Shown here: positions 18,728-27,786 of the stretch, one piece after another
How the letters are laid out: each line of letters opens with the position of its first letter
Position numbering within the stretch: position 1 is the stretch's first letter
Source: an uncultured bacterium
GTDB lineage: Bacteria; Hydrothermota; Hydrothermia; UBA1063; CAJXJZ01
Direction of reading: 5' to 3'
Assembly (NCBI GenBank): GCA_913055745.1
Contig: CAJXJZ010000001.1
Coordinates: 2,798 to 66,797 of the forward strand
DNA length: 64,000 bases
Notes under the pieces: model-generated
The model's input: the letters and a program-made list of their open reading frames with translations, nothing else
Told to the model about the DNA's origin: nothing
Databases searched by the model: none
Translations under genes and position numbers: made by a program

Positions 18728-19990
18728 TTACTTTTCTTCTGGTATAGTGGCACCTTTTACGCCTTCCTGCTTCGTCTCAGTTTCTTCTGGACTTTTAAGA
18801 GTGTTCATGGCTTCGTCACCAACGATTTTCGGTGTTACAAACACCATGAGCTCAACCTTTGATGATGCATTTTCATTGCTTGAGAAAAGCAGGTTTATAA
18901 CGGGGATCTTCCTCAAAAATGGAAATCCAGCATTACCCTTTCTCTTTGTTTGTTTTACTACACCACCGAGAACAATTGTCTCACCATTCTTTATGGTAAG
19001 TTTTGTCTCTGCCTCCTGATTGCTTATTATAGGCTGACCTGCTGGAGAATACCCCGCTATATCACTTACCTGAGGATGAAGTTCCATGGCTATATTCCCA
19101 TCAGGAGTAATATGTGGTGTAACTTCAAGTTTAATTGCTGCATCAAAAAACTGAACAACTGTATTGCCCGAAATATCTTTTGTAACAACAGGTACTTTTT
19201 TACCTGAGACAATCTTTGCCTTATTGTTGTTTGCAACCATTATTGAAGGTGCAGAAACAATGTTTGCCTTACTTTCATTTTCAAGAGCCTGCAACACATT
19301 ATCTATTGAAATGCCTTTCACAATGGTCCCAATAGATAGATTGGTTTGTGCACCCCCAATGGACGCATCGTTGGAAAGCCTTACACCTACCTTATCCGTA
19401 GGATGGTCTTTTGCAACCACCCAGTTTATACCCAAACTCCTTGCTGCATCGTAATCCACCTCTACCACCTTAACCTGTATCTGAACCTGCCTCTCAGGTC
19501 TATCCATTCCACTTAGGAAGTTTTCTATTTTTATAAGATTATCAGGTAAATCTGTTATAACTAAGGAATTGGTTGAACTTTCTACTTTCATCTTTCCACG
19601 AGAAGATAAAAGGCTCTCTACGACGGGCGCCACATCGGACGCTTTAAGGTACTTAACACGAAATACCTTCATCTCCAAGCCTGCAATATCCCTTACCTTG
19701 GAATATTCATCCTGTGTCATAACGGTAATAATGTTTTTCTGCTCAGTATAAGCAAGGGAATATGCATTAAGAAGTGAAGTGAATGCCTCTCTCCATGGCA
19801 CATTTTTCACACTAAATGTGACATTAGCCTTAACATCTGGTGTTGTTACAATATTAACACCAGCAACATCAGAAAAAGCCCTGAGCACTGTTTTTATATC
19901 GGCATTTTGTACATCAAGGCTTATTGTTTTTTCACCCGCTAAAAGGGCACCTGTTATTAAAAATATGCTCATTACCCTAAAAAATTTCAT
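18728..19990 (-). CDS. pilQ: type IV pilus secretin PilQ (short form lacking AMIN domains)
   Basis: Signal peptide. N-domains, then a C-terminal secretin domain with blocks VVANNNKAKIVSG, ETIVLGGVV and GFPFLRKIPVINLLF. Confidence 0.8.
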   Translation of the reverse strand: MKFFRVMSIFLITGALLAGEKTISLDVQNADIKTVLRAFSDVAGVNIVTTPDVKANVTFSVKNVPWREAFTSLLNAYSLAYTEQKNIITVMTQDEYSKVRDIAGLEMKVFRVKYLKASDVAPVVESLLSSRGKMKVESSTNSLVITDLPDNLIKIENFLSGMDRPERQVQIQVKVVEVDYDAARSLGINWVVAKDHPTDKVGVRLSNDASIGGAQTNLSIGTIVKGISIDNVLQALENESKANIVSAPSIMVANNNKAKIVSGKKVPVVTKDISGNTVVQFFDAAIKLEVTPHITPDGNIAMELHPQVSDIAGYSPAGQPIISNQEAETKLTIKNGETIVLGGVVKQTKRKGNAGFPFLRKIPVINLLFSSNENASSKVELMVFVTPKIVGDEAMNTLKSPEETETKQEGVKGATIPEEK

Positions 19991-20784
19991 TTGGATACCT
20001 CCTTATTTTCAAGTTTTAATATTACTGTTCTTGTAAACCCAAAATCAGATATGGCAAAAACAGCCATATCTTTTGTAACTCTAACTACCCTACCCCTCTT
20101 TATTCTGTCTCCTCTTCTTAAAATAAATCCTTTGCCATTTTTATCTTCCACCAACGCAACATATCCCGTAGAATCTTGTATAATTCCAATTAATTTAGCC
20201 TTTGCTATATCCAAAAGGGTATCCTGTTCCATGGATACCTCCTGAATGGGTTTAAAGGGGTCTCTCCTTCCTCTTGAACTATAGAAGAGTTTTGAGCCAG
20301 CAGAAAAAGTTGACCTTGGTTTTGAGATCTCAGATGCCTTATTTTTATTTTCCATTTTTTGTTTTCTCACGCCCTTAGAACCCTTAATAGTCTGATTATA
20401 GCCCACTTTTGCTGGCTCAGTATAAACCTTTACTTTAACAGAATGCCCCTCACGAATGACTTCATATTTTACTATTTTTGAGAGGTCCACAACAATCCTT
20501 GCGACCTGGGGCTCTATCTTAAATTGGCTTCCACGAACTCTAAGAACAGCACCTTGATTCACCGGGAACATTTTAGAGCCAAGCGCATACTTTGTATCCT
20601 CAGCATCTATAACGATACGAGCAGGATTTTTAAGCATGAAGTCATGAATATTGGAGGGTTGAGAGGTATATTCAAGTATTATTTCTACATAGTTTTCCCC
20701 GGTGGAGATAGATAGTGTTTTAAGTTCGCACGTCCCGGCAAAAAGCATCGCCGGAAATATAAAACCTAACATAAGTTTTTTCAT
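19987..20784 (-). CDS. pilP: AMIN domain / PilP-like pilus assembly protein
   Basis: Signal or lipoprotein-type N-terminus. An AMIN-like beta domain (IVIDAEDTKYAL ... VARIVVDL). The C-terminal block GKGFILRRGDRI is PilP-like. It sits between pilO and pilQ. Confidence 0.5.
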   Translation of the reverse strand: MKKLMLGFIFPAMLFAGTCELKTLSISTGENYVEIILEYTSQPSNIHDFMLKNPARIVIDAEDTKYALGSKMFPVNQGAVLRVRGSQFKIEPQVARIVVDLSKIVKYEVIREGHSVKVKVYTEPAKVGYNQTIKGSKGVRKQKMENKNKASEISKPRSTFSAGSKLFYSSRGRRDPFKPIQEVSMEQDTLLDIAKAKLIGIIQDSTGYVALVEDKNGKGFILRRGDRIKRGRVVRVTKDMAVFAISDFGFTRTVILKLENKEVSK

Positions 20785-21371
20785 CTTCTTCCCCTCCTTT
20801 TTCTACTACTATTTACAGGGGCAGGACTGTAAACATAGTTAGAGATTTCAAATACGGCTTCAACCGTCTGAGATGGGTCCTCTTCATTCGGCTTGCCCTT
20901 AATTGTAAGCCCTTTTACCTTCATCAATCTATCCGCATTGGAAATAAGACTTATAAACGTTCCGAGATCATGATACCCACTTGCGACACTAATCTTAATG
21001 GGATACTCTCTATACAGATCAAACTGCTTAAAAGATAAGGGTTTGTATGACTCAATCTCTATCCCGCAACTCATTGCCATTCCTGCTATTTGCCTAAGCC
21101 ATTCATCTGGTTGGGGCTTAGATGGAAGATGCTTCTTAACTTCCCCCCAGAGGGCAAGTAATGAATCCTTTTCAGCCATTATTTTGTCATAGTCTTTTAC
21201 TTCAACCGTTAATTGAGCAACTGATCTTCGTTCTGCTTGTATCTCATGTTCCAGTTTTTTAAGTTTCTTCGCCTTTCCTGCATAGATACCGCTTATGTAG
21301 AGATAGCCAACAATTATATAAACCAGTATGGCTATCCCCCAAACGACCTTTGGATTTTTAATAAATTTCAT
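20781..21371 (-). CDS. pilO: type IV pilus assembly protein PilO
   Basis: Single TM helix then a coiled coil. The size and operon position match PilO. Confidence 0.6.
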   Translation of the reverse strand: MKFIKNPKVVWGIAILVYIIVGYLYISGIYAGKAKKLKKLEHEIQAERRSVAQLTVEVKDYDKIMAEKDSLLALWGEVKKHLPSKPQPDEWLRQIAGMAMSCGIEIESYKPLSFKQFDLYREYPIKISVASGYHDLGTFISLISNADRLMKVKGLTIKGKPNEEDPSQTVEAVFEISNYVYSPAPVNSSRKRRGRR

Positions 21372-21395
21372 ATTTCCCCCTTTGTAGCAATTCTA

Positions 21396-21941
21396 CTATC
21401 TCATTATATATTCAGTTCCCACAATTACACGAGGGGCCTCTGCCTTTGTTCCTGATTTTATAGTCAAGCCAGTTATTTCATTTTCTAATTGTCCTGCAAT
21501 ATGAACCGTAGTGGTTGTATCTATCTCACCAGTATAAGGATTATGAATCGTATAGTCGCTATCAGGTGTCCAAATGAAAGATATTTTAACATCACACATT
21601 TTTAACTCATCAAACATATATTTGCTTTCATCAAAATTACGACCAAGATAGACAGTGAAACTGTATTCACCATTTTTATCCGTCGTAGTATATAGGTCTT
21701 CTCCCATATAAGAATTGTCAGATGATTCATCCTGCTCAAGGTAAACCTGTACTCCTTCAGCAGGATGTAGATAAATTATTGTATCTTGAGCTGTAGTGTC
21801 TTGTGAATTTCGTACTATATCCGCTTCAGCCCAGTATACGGTACCATGAACTTCAGCCGTCTGATTTTCCTCATTGCATCCCAAAAGAGCAAACACTGCT
21901 CCTACTACAATTACCGAGAGTATCTTATAAAGCCTCATCAC
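21396..21941 (-). CDS. lipoprotein with carboxypeptidase-regulatory-like beta-sandwich
   Basis: Lipobox LLGC. The motif TTTDKNGEYSF is typical of the CarbopepD_reg fold. It is inserted between pilMN and pilO. Confidence 0.4.
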   Translation of the reverse strand: MMRLYKILSVIVVGAVFALLGCNEENQTAEVHGTVYWAEADIVRNSQDTTAQDTIIYLHPAEGVQVYLEQDESSDNSYMGEDLYTTTDKNGEYSFTVYLGRNFDESKYMFDELKMCDVKISFIWTPDSDYTIHNPYTGEIDTTTTVHIAGQLENEITGLTIKSGTKAEAPRVIVGTEYIMR

Positions 21942-23605
21942 CTACCTCCTTGTTTTTTATCGTTTCGTCCTTCTCCCTTTTCAGCAAGAAGGACTGGATT
22001 TAATTTTATAGATAGTTTAAAATGTGCAACTTTTCGTTCATTTGCTTTATCTACTCTTGACTCAATCAATTGGACATCACTGATAAGTGGTGAGGAAAGT
22101 AATCTCTTCATAAATTGTGCAAGCACTAAATTAGATCCCGTCTCTCCATCAATCTCAAGTTCATCAGCACCTTTTTCAGATACTCCAAGGAGCCATGTAT
22201 CATACGGTATTAGCCTATTTATCTCATCCATAATCTGAACATAGCGCACTCTATCCCTTGATAGGTTTTTAATTACCTCAATCTTACCACTTACCTCCTC
22301 TATCTGCTTCTTTATTCCACGTATATCCTCCGCTTTCCTCTGTAAAACCACTTTCTGCTCCGCAAGTGTTTTTTTCTCATTTTCGAGTTTTGCAATCTTT
22401 CGAGATTGGAAAACGCTAACAACCCCCATTAGTATCAAAAGTACAATCAGAACCACAGCGGATAGCACTATATGTGGCATTATTGAAATCTCTTCTACTA
22501 TTTCCAATTCCTCCTCGGGTAATATGTTAACAGAGGTTTCCTTTTCAAAATATGAAATTGCAAGACCAATTGCAACCGAGTATATAGCAGGCATATCGCC
22601 TACACCTTCTTCCGCTTCATACTCCAATTCTCTAAAAGGATCAAGAATCTCTACCTCTCCTTCAAACTTTTCTTTTATATAATCTGCAAGCCCTGTTATG
22701 TATGCACCACCACCACTTAAAATCCATTTATCAACTGTTTCGCCTTCTGGTAGAATACCCTGGAAATTCCTCTCTAAATTGCCTACGAACCTATCATTAA
22801 GAGACTCTATGGTATCTCTAAACGCTTCTTCTTCAACCTTATCTCCTGGTCCTTTATACATCACTTCTTCAGCAACTTCACGAGGCAAATCCAAGAATCT
22901 TGAGATAGACTCAATATATGTTTTCGTAGAAACATTCATCTCACGGGAAAGTAGGATTTTACCCCCTCTAATAATAACCAAAACAGTACTTTCATAACCA
23001 ATATGAACAACTCCTGTGGTCTTTCCTTCTTCCAAATAGCCGTTGTATTTTAATGTGTTATAGAGTGCTACAGGGTCAACATTAACTGAAAATGGCTCAA
23101 GTCCCGAAGCACGAGCAAGGTCCAAAAGACCATACACTACCTCAGGTTTCGCTGCAGCAAGAAACACATCTAAAGAACCTGCCGTATCAGCATCTCCAAG
23201 AATAAAGTACCCCCATGTTACATCAGCAGGGTCAACATTTAACTCCTCTCTAATTTTCCATACAATGGATTCGTCCAACTCTTCCTTCTTCTTCTGTTTT
23301 GGGACGGTGATTTTCCTAACTATTACATCTTGACCAGCGACATTGATGGCCGCTGCTTGAACTTCGCTTCCAAGCCTTTTTACCGCTTCCTGTAACTTTA
23401 CTATGACCTCTTGCCTATCCATTATTTCCTTACCCACAATCAGTTCAGGAGGTAGTTTCTCCCAAGTCAAATTCTTAAGTACATATTTCTTTCCTCTTCT
23501 CTCAACCTCCACGACCTTTAAAGAACTGGTGCCAATATCAATACCTATAATACTATTTCCACCTCCAGCCTTTTTTAGGCCCTTTAACAAATCGCTAAGG
23601 CTCAT
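21938..23605 (-). CDS. pilMN: fused PilM-PilN type IV pilus assembly protein
   Basis: The N-terminal ~350 aa is the actin-like PilM fold (IGIDIGTSSLKVV). It is followed by a TM helix and a coiled-coil PilN-like domain (VLIVLLILMGVVSVF ... KIAKLENEKKTL). Confidence 0.7.
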   Translation of the reverse strand: MSLSDLLKGLKKAGGGNSIIGIDIGTSSLKVVEVERRGKKYVLKNLTWEKLPPELIVGKEIMDRQEVIVKLQEAVKRLGSEVQAAAINVAGQDVIVRKITVPKQKKKEELDESIVWKIREELNVDPADVTWGYFILGDADTAGSLDVFLAAAKPEVVYGLLDLARASGLEPFSVNVDPVALYNTLKYNGYLEEGKTTGVVHIGYESTVLVIIRGGKILLSREMNVSTKTYIESISRFLDLPREVAEEVMYKGPGDKVEEEAFRDTIESLNDRFVGNLERNFQGILPEGETVDKWILSGGGAYITGLADYIKEKFEGEVEILDPFRELEYEAEEGVGDMPAIYSVAIGLAISYFEKETSVNILPEEELEIVEEISIMPHIVLSAVVLIVLLILMGVVSVFQSRKIAKLENEKKTLAEQKVVLQRKAEDIRGIKKQIEEVSGKIEVIKNLSRDRVRYVQIMDEINRLIPYDTWLLGVSEKGADELEIDGETGSNLVLAQFMKRLLSSPLISDVQLIESRVDKANERKVAHFKLSIKLNPVLLAEKGEGRNDKKQGGR

Positions 23606-23622
23606 AATAACCCCCTTTTTTA

Positions 23623-24843
23623 TTATCTATATGTTTTTAATATAACCTTTATCACGCTGGTATCTATCTTTTTTCCCATACGCGACAAAGTTATAACCTC
23701 GTTAATAATGGCATTAAGGATCCTTAAATTATCCTCTGCTCCCTTTTGTATTAAATCTAAAACATCTGAACCGAGGTCTAAATTAGAAAGTTTTTTCTTA
23801 AGTATCTTCATTTTTAATTCTTTATCAGGAGGTTCAATGGGAGAGGCTATAGAAGTTTCTATAATAGATATTAATTTTTTATTCATACCGGATAGCGCCT
23901 TGAGAGGCACGCTACTTGTGAAAATAAATTGTTTTTCCTGAAGATGTAGCTCCATTAAAACATAAAGGAGTTGATTCTGAGCATAATCATGCCCTAACAA
24001 GAGGTCTAAATCATCAAACAAAAATACATCTGTTTCAACATGAGATAACCTGAACTTTTTCAGGTCTTTATCACTCTTTATATTATTCAATAAATCCATA
24101 AACTTTATAGCATCAGTATATAGGACTCCACGAAAGTTTTCATGCTCAAGTATATAATTTCCAACAGCGTTTAAAAGATGTGTTTTTCCATAACCTTCTT
24201 TCCCAAAAATAAACAATCTTGTATTTTCAACTCCACGCGTCTCAGCAAAACTCTTTGCAAAAGAATATGCAACTTCATTACAAGCACTTAGTTCAAAATT
24301 CTCAAAGTTCATATTACTTTGAAGCGTAAGACCAACTTCTCCTTTTAGTTTACCATAAGCTGTAGGAGCGCTTATTTCCTCTTCTTCTTTTTGAATCTCC
24401 TCGGAATAATATGTTTGTATATAATCAAGGATTTCTGATACCCTACCAACAAATGGAATGATTTTAAGGTCTGTCACTTTCTTTAATTCCCCTGCCATCT
24501 CTCTATTTAGAGGGTTTCCCATAACAACGGCAAGAGACCTACCACTTTTCCTGAGTGGTATTAAAACATACTTTTTTGCAATTCTGTATGGAATATGATC
24601 GACAGCCTCTGGGTCAGGCTGAATCACTGATAGGTCAACAAACTTTAAAGGGAATTTCTTCGTCAAAACGGAGATGAGTGTATCTTCATTCACATATCCC
24701 TTATTAATAAGATAAAGTTCTATGGAAATCCCCTCACTCCATTGGGCCTTTAGAGCCTTCTTCATTACTTCTTGTGATACTATCCCTTCACTAACAAGTA
24801 TATCTGCAAACGTTTTTCGTTTTACTTTTTCAAGTTCTGCCAT
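23623..24843 (-). CDS. MshEN (T2SS-E N-terminal) domain fused to DnaA/Hda-like AAA+ ATPase
   Basis: The N-terminal ~140 aa resembles the GspE/PilB N-domain (FADILVSEGIVSQEVMKKALKAQ ... IPYRIAKKYVLIPL). The C-terminus has Walker A GKEGYGKTHLLNAVGN, Walker B VFLFDDLD, box VII IEPPDKELKMKILKKK, and sensor 2 NLRILNAIINEV. These mirror DnaA domain III. Confidence 0.6.
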   Translation of the reverse strand: MAELEKVKRKTFADILVSEGIVSQEVMKKALKAQWSEGISIELYLINKGYVNEDTLISVLTKKFPLKFVDLSVIQPDPEAVDHIPYRIAKKYVLIPLRKSGRSLAVVMGNPLNREMAGELKKVTDLKIIPFVGRVSEILDYIQTYYSEEIQKEEEEISAPTAYGKLKGEVGLTLQSNMNFENFELSACNEVAYSFAKSFAETRGVENTRLFIFGKEGYGKTHLLNAVGNYILEHENFRGVLYTDAIKFMDLLNNIKSDKDLKKFRLSHVETDVFLFDDLDLLLGHDYAQNQLLYVLMELHLQEKQFIFTSSVPLKALSGMNKKLISIIETSIASPIEPPDKELKMKILKKKLSNLDLGSDVLDLIQKGAEDNLRILNAIINEVITLSRMGKKIDTSVIKVILKTYR

Positions 24844-24852
24844 ATAATCCTC

Positions 24853-26502
24853 CTAAAAACTTTTTACCCTCTTGAGTCTTAAACTATCAATCCTTTCACT
24901 TAAATCCTTATAATTCTTATCTATAAGATAAATTTGCTCGTATTGTTCCAATGCTTCATCCTCCAATCCTGTGGCTTCATAGGATCTACCTAAATAATAC
25001 CTGATGCCGATATATTCATGCTCCTCGTACCCTCCCTCGTCAAGTGCCTTCAGAAGCATCTTAATCGCCATCTCATAATTATTCATTTCAAAAAAGATTC
25101 TACCTATCATCTCCATTGCCCTTAATCTGTATTCACTATCCCTCATTGCTGTCTGGAACTCAGAAATGGCTAAATCGTAAAGCTCCATTTTGTATAGTGT
25201 CATTGCTGTGTCAAAAGGACGTTCAAAATCGTAAAGTTCATTAATATCAGCCTCCCCCATCTCTTCTATAAATGTAAGAATAATATCCTTGAACTCTTCA
25301 TAGTATTTGCCTTTGGTTTCTTGATACCTACTGGTTGTGGGTGGCTTTTCTCTCTCTAACGGCCTTTCCCTGATAATCTCCTCTGTTTTTTTGACCCTAC
25401 TTTCTGTCTCCTTAGTAGAACCAGTAGCACTTAACTCGTCTACAGAAGGTTCCGTAGATATTTCAGGTTGAGTTTCCTCTTTTGTCTCTTTATCTATTTC
25501 TTCTTTCGTTTCTTCTTTTTGTTGGGCTATAACGCTTTCTTCTTCTGCACCCATCTCAGAAATGACTGGCTCTGTTTCTGGCTCTTCCTCTTCAAAAACG
25601 AGGTCTTCTGTAGATGGTTCTGCTGCCCCGTAAAAATTATCAGACCTTTTTGGGATATCATCAGTTTTTACTTCTTCTTTAAATAAAACAGAACCATCAT
25701 CTTTTTTAGTTGTCTCTTTATCTTCTTCCCTTCTTCCAACATAGAGCTGTTCTTCTTGCTCGGATGCCCCTTCTTCCTCAAAAACCAGTCCTTCTTCTTG
25801 AGATTCCTCTTCTTGAATTTCTGGAGCCTGCGGCACCTTTTCTACCTCTTGCTTAGCCTCATAACCTTTTTCCCCCGCTTCCTCTAAGATTAATCCCTCT
25901 TCTTCACTCTCCTTAGACGTGTTATCCTTACTGAACAAGTCCTCCTCTGAACTCATCTCCATCCCCATTCCACTCTCAAGAGAAATCTCTCCAAACCTTT
26001 CAGATATTTCCTGCAACTTAATAAATAGTCTTTCAAATCTCTGGACACTGGATTCGTCTTCCTGAACCTTCTCAGCAAGTTCATTAATTATAGTGAAAGC
26101 TCTCTCCAACATAGAGGGGTCTATATCATCTGTTATAACACTTTCTAAGGCATCAAGAGCTCCATCTTGATTCCCAAGTTCAGTGTACAGATCAGCCAAT
26201 TCTAAATACAAGTCCCTTCTATCCTTCTCATACTTTAATATCTTACGAACAACAGCAACAGCATTGTCCAAAAATTCTTCTTCTTTGTATAATTTAAATG
26301 ATCTCTCATAATATTCAACCGCTTTAGATATATTCTGCTTTCTCACATAAAGGTCACCTATTGCATTGCATATATCAGGCTCTTCCTTGACTTTCAAGAT
26401 ATCTTCATATATCTCAATAGCCTTATCTATCTTACCCTTTCCAAGGGCTCTTAAAGCCTCACTTCTCTTTTTCTTGATCTTAGCGTTTATATTTTCTGCC
26501 AT
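24853..26502 (-). CDS. TPR repeat protein with long acidic (Glu-rich) low-complexity linker
   Basis: TPR-like helices at both ends. About 170 residues of E/S/K-rich low complexity sit in the middle. It lies in the pilus assembly operon. Confidence 0.5.
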   Translation of the reverse strand: MAENINAKIKKKRSEALRALGKGKIDKAIEIYEDILKVKEEPDICNAIGDLYVRKQNISKAVEYYERSFKLYKEEEFLDNAVAVVRKILKYEKDRRDLYLELADLYTELGNQDGALDALESVITDDIDPSMLERAFTIINELAEKVQEDESSVQRFERLFIKLQEISERFGEISLESGMGMEMSSEEDLFSKDNTSKESEEEGLILEEAGEKGYEAKQEVEKVPQAPEIQEEESQEEGLVFEEEGASEQEEQLYVGRREEDKETTKKDDGSVLFKEEVKTDDIPKRSDNFYGAAEPSTEDLVFEEEEPETEPVISEMGAEEESVIAQQKEETKEEIDKETKEETQPEISTEPSVDELSATGSTKETESRVKKTEEIIRERPLEREKPPTTSRYQETKGKYYEEFKDIILTFIEEMGEADINELYDFERPFDTAMTLYKMELYDLAISEFQTAMRDSEYRLRAMEMIGRIFFEMNNYEMAIKMLLKALDEGGYEEHEYIGIRYYLGRSYEATGLEDEALEQYEQIYLIDKNYKDLSERIDSLRLKRVKSF

Positions 26503-26523
26503 ATCGTATATAATAACATAAGT

Positions 26524-27276
26524 TTAACCAATTGTCAAGTGTTTCGTAAATTGAAATAGGTATATGTAGATAAAAGCGCCCGTAATTAAGAATGGACCAA
26601 AGGGCAAAATCTCTGTTTTATTCTTTATCACAAGGAAAATTCCTATGATACTACCAATAAGTGAGCCAAAGAGAATTGATATAAATACCCCCATGGGACC
26701 TGTAAAAATACCAATCATAGCCATAATAACTATATCACCATCCCCCAAGGCCTCACGCTTAAACAGGGCCTTACCCATCAATCTAAAAAATAGCATAATA
26801 AGGGCACCCAGGGCCGCCCCTATAAGACCAGACACAATACTAAACCCTCCTGGATAAAGTGCCATAAGAGCACCCAGAACTATTGTGGGAAATGTTACAA
26901 CATCCGGTACAATCATCTTCTCTCCATCAATAAAGGCAATGCACTCTGACACACTTATAAAGACAAGATTCCTTAAAAGCTCAAAACTAAGTCCAAATCT
27001 AATAAAGGCAAGCAAAAACAACACTCCTGTTAAAAGTTCTACCAAGAAGTATCTGAAAGGAATGGGATGCTTACAATACCTACATTTTCCACCTAATACG
27101 ATATAAGAAACGAGAGGGATGTTGTCATAAAACTTAATTTTCTTGCCGCAATAGGGGCAATGAGAAGGAGGGTACAGAAGGGACATACCCAGAGGTATAC
27201 GGTATATACATACATTTAAAAAACTACCTATTGCCAGACCTATTATTGTTATTATAACGCCCCATATAATCTGCAT
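26524..27276 (-). CDS. pilD: prepilin peptidase (A24 family)
   Basis: N-terminal CxxC...CxxC (CPYCGKK, CRYCKHP) and a polytopic membrane domain. Confidence 0.8.
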   Translation of the reverse strand: MQIIWGVIITIIGLAIGSFLNVCIYRIPLGMSLLYPPSHCPYCGKKIKFYDNIPLVSYIVLGGKCRYCKHPIPFRYFLVELLTGVLFLLAFIRFGLSFELLRNLVFISVSECIAFIDGEKMIVPDVVTFPTIVLGALMALYPGGFSIVSGLIGAALGALIMLFFRLMGKALFKREALGDGDIVIMAMIGIFTGPMGVFISILFGSLIGSIIGIFLVIKNKTEILPFGPFLITGAFIYIYLFQFTKHLTIG

Positions 27277-27369
27277 GATAACATTTTAATGGATAACAGG
27301 CAAATACACAATGCCCTATAATACGAAAGTATTTTAAAATCCTTCATGTCGTAATTTCGACACCCATTG

Positions 27370-27786
27370 CTACAAACTTTTTAATATTCTATTTATGAAA
27401 TCCCAATCAAAGCCCTTTTGAAGAAGATGCCTCTTTATATATTCTGGGTCTTTTTTGGTCTTTTTAAACCTTTTTATATAATAGTTAAGCACCTCATCCT
27501 CATCATAACACCCCCTGGCAACCTCCACATGTTCTTTTTTTACCCTGAAATCATGTAAGAGGGTCATCTCTATTTTAAGCCATGACCAGTGGTTCCTGGC
27601 CTTACTTCTTGCGAACTCACACGCAAACTCCTTATCATCTAAAAGCCCATAGAGTTTCAAAAGACCTATTATTTCTTCTATTTCTTCACGAGATGCCCCT
27701 TTTTCTTTCAGTCTTGTTCTTAATTCAAATTCACTTCTTGAACGCACACGAAGAAGAGAGAAGGCGTATGCCTTAAAGTCCCTCAC
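27370..27786 (-). CDS. recX: regulatory protein RecX
   Basis: Three-helix repeat pattern (YAFSLLRVRSRSEFELRTRLKEKG). The size fits RecX. Confidence 0.7.
   Translation of the reverse strand: MRDFKAYAFSLLRVRSRSEFELRTRLKEKGASREEIEEIIGLLKLYGLLDDKEFACEFARSKARNHWSWLKIEMTLLHDFRVKKEHVEVARGCYDEDEVLNYYIKRFKKTKKDPEYIKRHLLQKGFDWDFINRILKSL

Noticed and set aside
25400-26000. Repetitive Glu/Ser/Lys-rich stretch that looks like a tandem repeat
   Set aside because: It is in-frame low-complexity coding sequence of the acidic TPR protein, not a noncoding repeat or a CRISPR array. No regular repeat-spacer periodicity is present.
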